A stretch of 64,000 nt of DNA from Thermoplasmata archaeon (GTDB taxonomy: Archaea > Thermoplasmatota > Thermoplasmata > Lutacidiplasmatales > UBA184). Position 1 is the first letter of the stretch; every line of letters begins with the position of its first letter. The stretch is from positions 77,001 through 141,000 of the forward strand of contig DASWZL010000107.1 in the NCBI GenBank assembly GCA_036404475.1, read 5' to 3'. The translations under genes were made by a program, and so were the position numbers. This document shows positions 46,715 to 54,852 of this stretch, one piece after another. The notes beneath the pieces are model-generated. The model made no database searches and had not been told where the DNA came from. It saw only the letters and a program-made list of their open reading frames with translations.

Positions 46715-47281
46715 TCAGCTCGGCTTGAGGCGGGCCGCGAACTGCTTCCGGAACTTCGACACCTTCGGCGCGATGATGGCGCGGCAATAGCCGCTTCCCG
46801 GGTTACGCCGGAAGTAGTCCCGGTGATACTCCTCCGCGGGGTAGAACTCGGTGAACGTCTCAAGCTCAGTGACGATCCTCCGCTTCCAGACCTGGGCGGC
46901 CTCGAGCTCTCCGATCACCTGCTCCGCGGTCGCCCGCTGAACGGCGGAGTGGCAGAAGATCACGGAGCGGTACTGGGTGCCCACGTCGTTCCCCTGCCGG
47001 TTCAGGCTCGTCGGGTCGTGGGTCGTCAGGAAGACCGTCAGGAGGTCGTGGTAGCTCACCACGCTCGGGTCGAACGTCACCTGGACGACCTCGGCATGAC
47101 CCGTCCCTCCCGTGCACACCTGCTCGTAGGTCGGCCGAGGGACGGTCCCGCCCGCATACCCCGACGCGACGCTCGAAACACCGGCGAGCTCGGAGAGGAC
47201 CGCTTCGGTGCACCAGAAGCACCCCCCTCCCAATGTGGCGGTCTCGGAGGGTCTCGGGGTCCCTCGAGCGGCCTCGGACAT
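46715..47281 (-). CDS. msrA: Peptide methionine sulfoxide reductase A
   Basis: 'ATLGGGCFWCTEAVL' is the GCFWC active site, and 'HDPTSLNRQGNDVGTQYRSVIF' follows. Confidence 0.85.
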   Translation of the reverse strand: MSEAARGTPRPSETATLGGGCFWCTEAVLSELAGVSSVASGYAGGTVPRPTYEQVCTGGTGHAEVVQVTFDPSVVSYHDLLTVFLTTHDPTSLNRQGNDVGTQYRSVIFCHSAVQRATAEQVIGELEAAQVWKRRIVTELETFTEFYPAEEYHRDYFRRNPGSGYCRAIIAPKVSKFRKQFAARLKPS

Positions 47282-47358
47282 CGTTGCTCTCGTATCCGTG
47301 CCGGCCCCTTGGTGGGGGGTCGCGTCAACGGAGGGTGGGCGCAAGCCCACGACCGATT

Positions 47359-48099
47359 TCAATTCGCCGATGGTGCCCCGGCGCCGTTCTGCGGCATCGG
47401 TCCGGCCCCGCGGAGCACGAAGTACGGGGCGAGCAGCGCGAGGATCGGGACCAGCAGGAGCAGGTACTCGACCCCGGGGAACGACACGACGAGCGCGACG
47501 AACGGCCCGACGAGAGCGAGCAGGAGGATCGCGTAGAGGGCCGCGCCAACGGCCACCTCCCGGCTCTTGAACCGAGACGAGGCCGCCGATAGGCCGAGCA
47601 CGATCCCGACCCCGCCGAGCCACCCCAACCAGAACCCGACGAGGCCCGTGTACGCTCCGAGAGCCTGTCCGGAGCGCAGACAGGTGAGCGCGTGGGTCGG
47701 TTGGCCCTTGAGGCACGAAAGGAGCGAGCTGGAAGAGCCGATGAGCACGACCGCCGCGACCAGAACGAGGATGAACCCAAGGGTCCCGATCCAGCAGAGG
47801 ATCGACGCGGCCGTGAACCGGGGGTCGACCTTGCGGAGATGAGCGAACCCCCGCCGGTAGAAGAAGAGGGAGGCCAGGAAGAGGATAGCGCCGGCCAGGA
47901 TCAGGAGAGCCGTGGCATCGATGAAAGCGGTCTGACGCAGCGAGAGGAACCCGGTCGCGTCGTACGAGGCGACGAAGAGGAACCCCACCGGGAGGACGAT
48001 GGCGAGCAGCGCCGCCGCGAGGCCGACGCCCGCGCCGGTGGCGATGCGAAAGAGTCCGGTCCGGTCCTGCTCGCTCGCGGGGGTCGACGGCGTTGCCAT
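47359..48099 (-). CDS. Hypothetical polytopic membrane protein (~6 TM)
   Basis: Hydrophobic helices throughout. The track's opposite-frame ORFs are Arg/Glu-rich noise. Confidence 0.5.
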   Translation of the reverse strand: MATPSTPASEQDRTGLFRIATGAGVGLAAALLAIVLPVGFLFVASYDATGFLSLRQTAFIDATALLILAGAILFLASLFFYRRGFAHLRKVDPRFTAASILCWIGTLGFILVLVAAVVLIGSSSSLLSCLKGQPTHALTCLRSGQALGAYTGLVGFWLGWLGGVGIVLGLSAASSRFKSREVAVGAALYAILLLALVGPFVALVVSFPGVEYLLLLVPILALLAPYFVLRGAGPMPQNGAGAPSAN

Positions 48100-48227
48100 T
48101 CTCCCACCCTCCGACAACTCGACCACCCAACGGGTCCCGGATTATCTACGCTTGGGCGGGTGGGTTTCCAGGTTGGCCCGTACGGAGGACGAGCGCCCAA
48201 GCGCTCCCATCGACGGAGCGCGAGCGT

Positions 48228-48680
48228 CTACTTCCGAACGACGAACTGGACCTCGGTCCTCGACCAGGCGCGCTTGTCCTTCCAGGGGTTTCCCTCGTAG
48301 ACCTCGCGGTACGAAACGACCGAGCGGATCTCCTTCTCCTTGCGGCGCCAGCGCAGCCAGTCGGAGAGCCCATGGTAGACGACCCGAGGCGAAACGACGT
48401 CCGGGTCGAAGCGCACGCTCGCCACGGTGCCGGCCGGGAGCGTCCGGACCTTGACCCGACCCTCCGAGCGTGCCTTTCCCCGAACCTCGATGGCAGTGTC
48501 CCAAACGCGGGAGCCCGGTTCCCGGAAGATCCAACGACCGGTCCGTAGGCCCCGAGCCCGCGCCCACTTCTCGACCTCTTCGAACCGCTTTTGGATCTGG
48601 CGCTCGTTGTACGGTCCGGTCCATCGGATCGCAGCGACGTGAAGGCTCGGCGTCTTCTTCAGCACGAAGTCTACGGTCAT
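48228..48680 (-). CDS. GyrI-like small-molecule-binding domain protein
   Basis: 150 aa. 'VAAIRWTGPYNE' and 'WIFREPGSRVWDTAIEV' fit the GyrI/AraC effector-binding fold pattern. Confidence 0.55.
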   Translation of the reverse strand: MTVDFVLKKTPSLHVAAIRWTGPYNERQIQKRFEEVEKWARARGLRTGRWIFREPGSRVWDTAIEVRGKARSEGRVKVRTLPAGTVASVRFDPDVVSPRVVYHGLSDWLRWRRKEKEIRSVVSYREVYEGNPWKDKRAWSRTEVQFVVRK

Positions 48681-48780
48681 CGTTCGGCTCCCGGAACTCC
48701 CAGAAGGCTCCCACCAGATAACGCCGCCGGGGTGGTGAGGATCCCGTCGACCGAGTCGGCGAGCGAGGGACCGGTCTCGG

Positions 48781-49767
48781 TCACGCCGTCGCGCGCGAGG
48801 GGATTTCGCGCGGAAGCTCCGGCGGTGGGTCGGACGCGGGGGTCGGTCGCGGGAAGTCGGTGATGTAGCCGCCGTAGTACGGGAGCCGGGTCGTGATCAC
48901 TCGCCGGAACGCGTCTCGCAGGGCCGCGTCGTCCAACCCCCGGGTCGGGATCCGGTCGTCCTTTCGATTGAGGCATCCCTTGAGCTCTCCCTGGTGCGTC
49001 ACCCGGATCCGGTGGCAGTGGGAGCAGAAGTCGGGATTGAACACGGGGTCGACGACCTCCACCTCCGCCCCGTGGACGATGTACACGCGTCGGTGGTGCA
49101 TCTCCCGAACGAGTACGCGCGAAGAGTGCTCCTCGAGCCAACGCTGGACGCCCTGCATGTCGACCATCCACTCCCGGTGGTGGACCAGCTCGGGCATGAA
49201 CTGGATCAGTTGCAGCTTCAACCCATCGGTGGAGCCCGCAAAGTCGATCATGCGGGGGATGTTCGCGAGAGTCCGACGGAACACCACCATGTTGAGCTTG
49301 ACCGGCTTCAGGCCGACCCGCAGCGCTTCGCGGATGCCCCGCAGCACCGGTGCGAGAGCGCCCTTGCGGATCGAGCGGAACTCCTCGGGGTCGGTCGTGT
49401 CGACCGAGACGTTCACTCGCTTCAGCCCGGCGTCCCGGAGCGCCTCGGCGCGAGCCTCCAGCATCGAACCGTTGGTCGTGAGCGACACGTCGGGGATCTG
49501 GCGGACCGTCCGGTCGATGATCTCTTCGAGGTCGTTTCGGACGAGAGGTTCCCCGCCCGTGAACTTGACGGAGCGGATCCCGAGCTCCCGAGCGACGATG
49601 ACCAGTCGCTCGACCTCGGCGGGGGTCATCTCCTCGCCATGCGCCGCCCGGGGTCGAGCGACCGGACCCAGGCCCTCGTCGTGGCAATAGACGCAGCCGA
49701 AGTTGCACCGTTTGGTCACGCTGATCCGTATGTCGGTAACCTCGCGGCCGAACGAGTCCGAGAGCAT
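48781..49767 (-). CDS. moaA: GTP 3',8-cyclase (molybdenum cofactor biosynthesis protein A), radical SAM
   Basis: 'ISVTKRCNFGCVYCH' is the CxxxCxxC radical-SAM motif, 'KFTGGEPLVRNDL' follows, and the C-terminal 'CSHCHRIRVTHQGELKGC' is the second Fe-S cluster motif. Confidence 0.8.
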   Translation of the reverse strand: MLSDSFGREVTDIRISVTKRCNFGCVYCHDEGLGPVARPRAAHGEEMTPAEVERLVIVARELGIRSVKFTGGEPLVRNDLEEIIDRTVRQIPDVSLTTNGSMLEARAEALRDAGLKRVNVSVDTTDPEEFRSIRKGALAPVLRGIREALRVGLKPVKLNMVVFRRTLANIPRMIDFAGSTDGLKLQLIQFMPELVHHREWMVDMQGVQRWLEEHSSRVLVREMHHRRVYIVHGAEVEVVDPVFNPDFCSHCHRIRVTHQGELKGCLNRKDDRIPTRGLDDAALRDAFRRVITTRLPYYGGYITDFPRPTPASDPPPELPREIPSRATA

Positions 49768-49972
49768 CGTCCTCCCTCCAACCACCCCACCCTTTATAGA
49801 CCGTGGAGGGCGGGAGGGGACTCACCGGCCTAGGCACGGCCAAGGGTGGCCCCGAGATGGGAATGCCCTCGCGCCTCGGGCCCTTACCTGCTCCGTCGAC
49901 CCGGCAGCATCGGCTCGGGGCCGGCCGGCGGGGACGGCATAGGCTGAAGGGGGAGTGGGATTCCCATCGCCC

Positions 49973-50263
49973 TCACTCCGAGAGGAGCTGCTCGAGGCGC
50001 TGGTAGAGCTCCTCGAGCTCCTTCTCCTTCTTCCGTCCGCCTTCCCAGCGAGCGTTGACGACCTGAACGAGCAGGTCGGCCACCTTGTCCATCCAGGGAC
50101 CTTCCTGGGCATCGAACCGCTTCTTCACTTTCTCACGGAGCAGCTCGTTGTAGGCTCGGTAGGCCGACCAGACCCACGGTCCAAAGTTCGCTCCGCTCGG
50201 CGCACCATCGTCCTCGGTTTCTCTCATCTCAGTACCTGGGGACTTTCGTTCCCGCCTCCGCAC
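49973..50263 (-). CDS. Small hypothetical protein (Lys/Glu-rich, possibly helical)
   Basis: 'ELLREKVKKRFDAQEGPWMDKVADLLVQVVNARWEGGRKKEKELEELYQRLEQLL'. Its composition is unlike GC noise. Confidence 0.3.
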   Translation of the reverse strand: MRRRERKSPGTEMRETEDDGAPSGANFGPWVWSAYRAYNELLREKVKKRFDAQEGPWMDKVADLLVQVVNARWEGGRKKEKELEELYQRLEQLLSE

Positions 50264-50399
50264 CTTGGGGGGGAGGATATTGACCGGGTCGTCCTCTGAC
50301 CGGTCACGTCGGCGGGACCGCGCGCGCTCGCCGTGAGGGAGAGTTGGTAACGGGCGCGTTACCGACGCATTAAGTGCGTCTCTCCTCGTTCAAGGCCGG

Positions 50400-51017
50400 A
50401 TGCCTTCGCTTCGGAATGAATCGTCATCGGGACCCTCGGGAGGGTTGGACGAGCGCGTCCTCTCGACCCTGCAGGGACTTCAGGGACGGATCGCCTTCAG
50501 CGGCCTCCGTCGGGCCCTCCACGCCCATCCCGAATCCCTCTCGCGCTCGCTTCGCCGCCTCGAGCGGGAAGGGCGGGTCGAACGCTCGGGCGGCGGGTAC
50601 CGCGCGCTCGGAGAGGTCCCGAGAGGAGTTCCCCGAGCCTCGACCGAGCTCCGGCCGATCGCGCAGGTCGACCTCCCCCCGGGCGCCCCTCCCGACTCGG
50701 TCCTCGGCCGCCTCTCGGGCCGGTGGTTCGGCTCCTTGCGATGGGTCGGGGTCGTGGACGGTCCGTCGGGCCGGCTCCTCGCCTGGGCGCGAAGGGACGG
50801 GGTGGGCTACGTCCTGCTGGGGATCCACCAGGGCGTTCTCCGGGTCTACGTGCGCGGGGAGAGCTCCGGGGACGATGTCAACGAGGCCGAGGACTCCGCG
50901 TACGAGCTGCTGGTCCATGCGGTCAACGCCGTGCGCCCCTCCGCCCACGACGTCGTGGGGTCGGTCAGCTTCTTCGCCGCCGAGGAGGCTTCGGTGGTTC
51001 CCTCGCTCGAGAACTGA
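50400..51017 (+). CDS. Hypothetical protein, possibly a winged-helix regulator upstream of an ABC exporter
   Basis: 'FSGLRRALHAHPESLSRSLRRLEREGRVER' resembles a wHTH recognition helix plus wing. Confidence 0.4.
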   Translation: MPSLRNESSSGPSGGLDERVLSTLQGLQGRIAFSGLRRALHAHPESLSRSLRRLEREGRVERSGGGYRALGEVPRGVPRASTELRPIAQVDLPPGAPPDSVLGRLSGRWFGSLRWVGVVDGPSGRLLAWARRDGVGYVLLGIHQGVLRVYVRGESSGDDVNEAEDSAYELLVHAVNAVRPSAHDVVGSVSFFAAEEASVVPSLEN

Positions 51018-51077
51018 CCGCCCCCGATTAGGGGCGGTCCCCGACCACCCGTTCGGAGCCCCGCGGGTTAATGAGCG

Positions 51078-51923
51078 GTGGCCCGCATCTCGTTCGGGTC
51101 GATGGTCTCGCTTCCTTCGGGGACACCGCTTCCGAGCCCCGCACCGGCGAACGCCTCGGCGTCCCTCGAGGTCATCCGGGTCTCCAAGTCGTTCGGGTTC
51201 GTCGACGCGCTCCATTCCGTCAGCTTCTCGGTGCCGGCCGGTCAGATCGTCGGGCTGCTCGGGCCGAACGGAGCGGGGAAATCCACGACCATGAAAGCGG
51301 TCCTTGGGCTCATCCGGCCCGATTCGGGAGAGATCCGCCTCTTCGGACGGAACGTCGCCGAGGACCCCGTCGGGACCAAACGCCAGGTCGGGTACGTTCC
51401 AGAGTCTCCCGCGCTCTACGAGTTCCTCACCGGGGCCGAGTACCTCGATTTCGTAGCGGACATGTACGGCCTTGACCCGTCGACCCGGCGGGACCGGATC
51501 CAGCAGTTCCTGACGGGGCTCGAGCTCACGGGCCACGAGAACTCTCTCATCAGCGGCTACTCCCAGGGGATGAAGCAGAAGGTCGCGCTCATCGCGGCGC
51601 TCGCCCATCGCCCCCGGCTCCTCGTCCTGGACGAACCGCTCAACGGCCTGGACCCGCGGTCCGCCCGAGTGACCAAGGACCTACTCCGGAACCTGGCGAC
51701 CCACGAGGGCGTCGCGGTCCTCTTCAGTACCCACGTGCTCGAAATCGCCCAGGCGATCTGCGACCGCGTCGTGATCCTGCATCGCGGACGCGTCCTGGCG
51801 TCGGGCACGGTCGCCGCCCTCCGGGACCGCACGGGGCTCGCGGGGCGGGGCCTCGAGGAGGTCTTTCTCGCGCTGACCGGCACGGGCGACCTTCGCGATG
51901 TGGTCGACGCGCTGAGCCGGTAG
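51078..51923 (+). CDS. ABC transporter ATP-binding protein (ABC-2 type)
   Basis: Walker A 'GLLGPNGAGKST', signature 'YSQGMKQKV', Walker B 'LLVLDEP' and H-loop 'FSTHVL'. Confidence 0.85.
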   Translation: MARISFGSMVSLPSGTPLPSPAPANASASLEVIRVSKSFGFVDALHSVSFSVPAGQIVGLLGPNGAGKSTTMKAVLGLIRPDSGEIRLFGRNVAEDPVGTKRQVGYVPESPALYEFLTGAEYLDFVADMYGLDPSTRRDRIQQFLTGLELTGHENSLISGYSQGMKQKVALIAALAHRPRLLVLDEPLNGLDPRSARVTKDLLRNLATHEGVAVLFSTHVLEIAQAICDRVVILHRGRVLASGTVAALRDRTGLAGRGLEEVFLALTGTGDLRDVVDALSR

Positions 51924-51930
51924 GAGGACG

Positions 51931-53529
51931 ATGGACGTCCACCGCGTTCGACGCCTGGCGGTGACCCTCATCGCCTCGCAGCTCCGGTCGGGACGGAGCT
52001 CGTCCGACCCCAGGAGCCTCCTCGGCCAACCCCAGCTCATTGCCGCCGTGGACGTCGTCCTGTTCCTCGCGGTCTTCGGGCTCACGTTCGGAGCCGTGCG
52101 CGCGAGTTCGCTCGGGAGCCAGCAGGTCGCGACGCTCGCGAACGCGCTCCTCCCGTTCCTCCCCCTCGTCGCGGTGGGAGTGGTCCTCGTGGCCGGGGTC
52201 ATGTTCGAGCTGACGACCACGACGAAGTTCGCGGGGAGCGATGCCGCGAACTGGTTGCCGCTCACTCCCGCGGAGTACGTGACCGCGTCGGCCGCGGCGA
52301 TCGCGTACACCTACTCGCCGGCCGTCGCGCTCGCCCTCGGCGGTCTGCTCCCGTTCGCGCTCTACGGGGGAACCCTGGTCGCCTATCTCATGACCGTCGT
52401 GCTAACGATCGTCGCCCTCTTCGAGGGGGCGGTCCTCGTCGAGATGGTCCGCTCCGCCACCCAACGGGCGAGCGCGGTCGGCGCCGGTCGTCGGGGCCAG
52501 GTGACCCTCGTCCTTCGGGCGGTCGTCCTCGTCGTCGTCATCCTCGCGCTCCAGCTCGCGTTCAACCCCGTGTTCCTTCTGGGGCTCGCACAACGACTCT
52601 CGGCGGTCGCCCTGGTCACCTCCGTGATCCCGTTCTTCTGGTCGACCGAGGCGTTGACCCAGTGGGTCGGAGGAAACCCCGGCATCGGCGTCGCGTTCGC
52701 CGTAGGACAGGTCGCCTTCGTGGGGGTGCTGGTCTACCTCGCGGGCGAACTCCGCGTCCGCTACTGGGTGCCCTCGGCGACCGAGGTCCGCCTCGAGGAA
52801 CATCGGTACGCCGCCCGGAATCCGCTCCTGGCCCTCTTCGGCCTCAGCGCCGCGGAGTCCGCGCTGGTCTCGAAGGACTTGAAGGGCCTTGTCCGGCGTC
52901 GCGAGATGCTCCCCACGCTGGTCGTTCCCATCGTCCTCGTGGTCCTGGTCCTGGTGGAAGGGACCGCCTTCGGAGGGTTCGTCTCGGTGCTGTGGGTGGG
53001 GTGGGTCGCCGGCTTCTTCTCGTTGCTCATCGCCGGCACGTCGGTCGGGCAGGAACGACGGGCGCTCCAGTCGCTGTTCGCGTATCCGCTCTCGGCGGGG
53101 AGCCTCGTGCGCGCGAAGGCCACGTTCGTTCTCGTGCCGTCCCTGGTCGTGGCCGTGGCGCTCGGGCTGGTGGTCGGCGTCTACTTCGGGCTTCCGGCGA
53201 GCGTCGTCCTCGGCGTCCTGCTCCTCGTCGCCGCTGCCTCGGTCGTTCTCACGTTCTGGGGGCTCGTGTTCGCCTCGCGGTTCTCCGACTTCCAGGAACG
53301 ACCGCGCCCCCAGTTCCTGCGTCCGGGCGGAATGCTCGCCGCGACCGGCTCGGGCATGGTGCTCCTGTTCGCGATCCTGATCCCGGGGACGTTCGCCCTC
53401 CTCTCCCCCTCATCGGCGTCCGTTTCCCTCGGGCTGGTCTGCGCCGCGCTGGCCGTAGGGGTGGGGGGCCTCGCCGTCCTTTGGACCGTCTCGGGCTTCC
53501 GCCGGCTCCTTCGCGAGCTGCCGTTCTGA
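51931..53529 (+). CDS. ABC-2 type permease-like polytopic membrane protein (532 aa)
   Basis: Lies immediately downstream of the ATPase. It has 10 or more TM helices. Confidence 0.6.
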   Translation: MDVHRVRRLAVTLIASQLRSGRSSSDPRSLLGQPQLIAAVDVVLFLAVFGLTFGAVRASSLGSQQVATLANALLPFLPLVAVGVVLVAGVMFELTTTTKFAGSDAANWLPLTPAEYVTASAAAIAYTYSPAVALALGGLLPFALYGGTLVAYLMTVVLTIVALFEGAVLVEMVRSATQRASAVGAGRRGQVTLVLRAVVLVVVILALQLAFNPVFLLGLAQRLSAVALVTSVIPFFWSTEALTQWVGGNPGIGVAFAVGQVAFVGVLVYLAGELRVRYWVPSATEVRLEEHRYAARNPLLALFGLSAAESALVSKDLKGLVRRREMLPTLVVPIVLVVLVLVEGTAFGGFVSVLWVGWVAGFFSLLIAGTSVGQERRALQSLFAYPLSAGSLVRAKATFVLVPSLVVAVALGLVVGVYFGLPASVVLGVLLLVAAASVVLTFWGLVFASRFSDFQERPRPQFLRPGGMLAATGSGMVLLFAILIPGTFALLSPSSASVSLGLVCAALAVGVGGLAVLWTVSGFRRLLRELPF

Positions 53530-53544
53530 GGCCCCGCGCTGCGT

Positions 53545-54024
53545 CTAGAGCGGAGCTCCGCACGACGGGCATCTCCCGTCGACCTCGTTGCCCAGGGCTC
53601 CGCAGAACCGGCACCGGACCTTGACCACCTGCCGTTCGATCGTATGGATCGACCCCCATCCCAGCCCGGGGGGAGGCGGGAGCGCCCGCTTCGCTTGGGC
53701 GATCGTCACGGTCCACACCTCCGGTTCGAGGACGTCGAACGTAGGGCGTCCGTGGGAAAGCTCGAGCACGAGTCGCGGCCGACCGATGCGACCTCGGCGT
53801 ACCGCGACGTTCTTCAGCTCGTGAAGAGGAACATCGAGCTGGGTCTCCGTCTCCGCCAGCGCCCGTCTCCCGATCCGGCTTCGCGCTACGGAGGCTTCGA
53901 AGACGATCCGGAGGGTCGTCACGTAGAGGACCCCGGGACCCTTCGGTGGGCCGTCGGACCCGTCCCCGCGGCTGGCGACCGCGTAGGCGCTGCGGAGCAG
54001 GTTCTCCCCGTGACCCAGGAGCAT
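53545..54024 (-). CDS. Hypothetical protein with a C-terminal zinc ribbon
   Basis: 'CRFCGALGNEVDGRCPSCGAPL' has a CxxC...CxxC spacing. The N-terminal part could be a PH-like (bPH) fold. Confidence 0.4.
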   Translation of the reverse strand: MLLGHGENLLRSAYAVASRGDGSDGPPKGPGVLYVTTLRIVFEASVARSRIGRRALAETETQLDVPLHELKNVAVRRGRIGRPRLVLELSHGRPTFDVLEPEVWTVTIAQAKRALPPPPGLGWGSIHTIERQVVKVRCRFCGALGNEVDGRCPSCGAPL

Positions 54025-54048
54025 CGCCGGTGGGAAAGGGTCAGGAAT

Positions 54049-54852
54049 CTAATACCCTCGCCGCCCGACGGGCCGCCGCCCGCTCGCCCGCCGGAGCTCT
54101 TCTCGGAAGCTCTTCGGGGCCCGCTCGGTCGCAACCGTGATCGTCACGGGAGCGAGGCGGCGTGCCTCACGGCGAAGGAACCGCTCGGTACGAGCGCGGT
54201 CTTTCTTCCAGCACTCTCGGAGCCAGGTGCCCACCGCTCGCTGGACCCATCGTTCGGGGTCGTCCAGGAGACGGGCGAGGAGGACGAACGGTCGGTCGAG
54301 CTCGCCGGCCCGGACCCACGCTCGCAGCGCGTACGTCGAGGCCCTTCGACGCCAGAGGTTCCCGGACCGGGTCCAGTGGAGGAGCTCCGCGAACCGTTCG
54401 GGGCGTGCCGCGACCTGGGTCGCGAGAGGGCCCGCCGCCAGGCTGTCCGAGAGGGCCCAGCCGGTCGCGGCGTCCACCCACCGGACCCCGAGGCGCCACG
54501 CGGGCTCGTCGTGGACGAGGGGTGGACGGCCGAGAAGCTCGATGGCCATCTCCTTCTCCTCGAAGGACGCTCCCTCCCACAGCGAGCGGACGAGCGCTCG
54601 CACGTCCCCGCGCGACCTCGCCTCGAGACGACGGGCGACCGCCGTGACGACCCGTCGGAGGGCGGGGACGCTCACCCCGAGCACCGGCACCGGGGAGCCC
54701 AGGTAGGAGCGAAGAGACTCGATCCCGGAGGCCCCGGTCTCGGCCCGTAGCTCTCGGAGGATCCGACGTCGTTCCCCCTCGGCCCAGGGGGAGCGACGCG
54801 GGCGCCTCGCTACCACCCGACCGGGCTCGTGCGGTTCTGCTCGTCGAGCCAT
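54049..54852 (-). CDS. DNA alkylation repair enzyme-like (AlkC/AlkD HEAT-repeat family) protein
   Basis: 'EEKEMAIELLG', 'NLWRRRASTYAL' and 'ERWVQRAVGTWLRE' resemble the PF08713 helical repeats. Start taken at an internal ATG to limit overlap with the M2 peptidase gene. Confidence 0.55.
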   Translation of the reverse strand: MARRAEPHEPGRVVARRPRRSPWAEGERRRILRELRAETGASGIESLRSYLGSPVPVLGVSVPALRRVVTAVARRLEARSRGDVRALVRSLWEGASFEEKEMAIELLGRPPLVHDEPAWRLGVRWVDAATGWALSDSLAAGPLATQVAARPERFAELLHWTRSGNLWRRRASTYALRAWVRAGELDRPFVLLARLLDDPERWVQRAVGTWLRECWKKDRARTERFLRREARRLAPVTITVATERAPKSFREELRRASGRRPVGRRGY

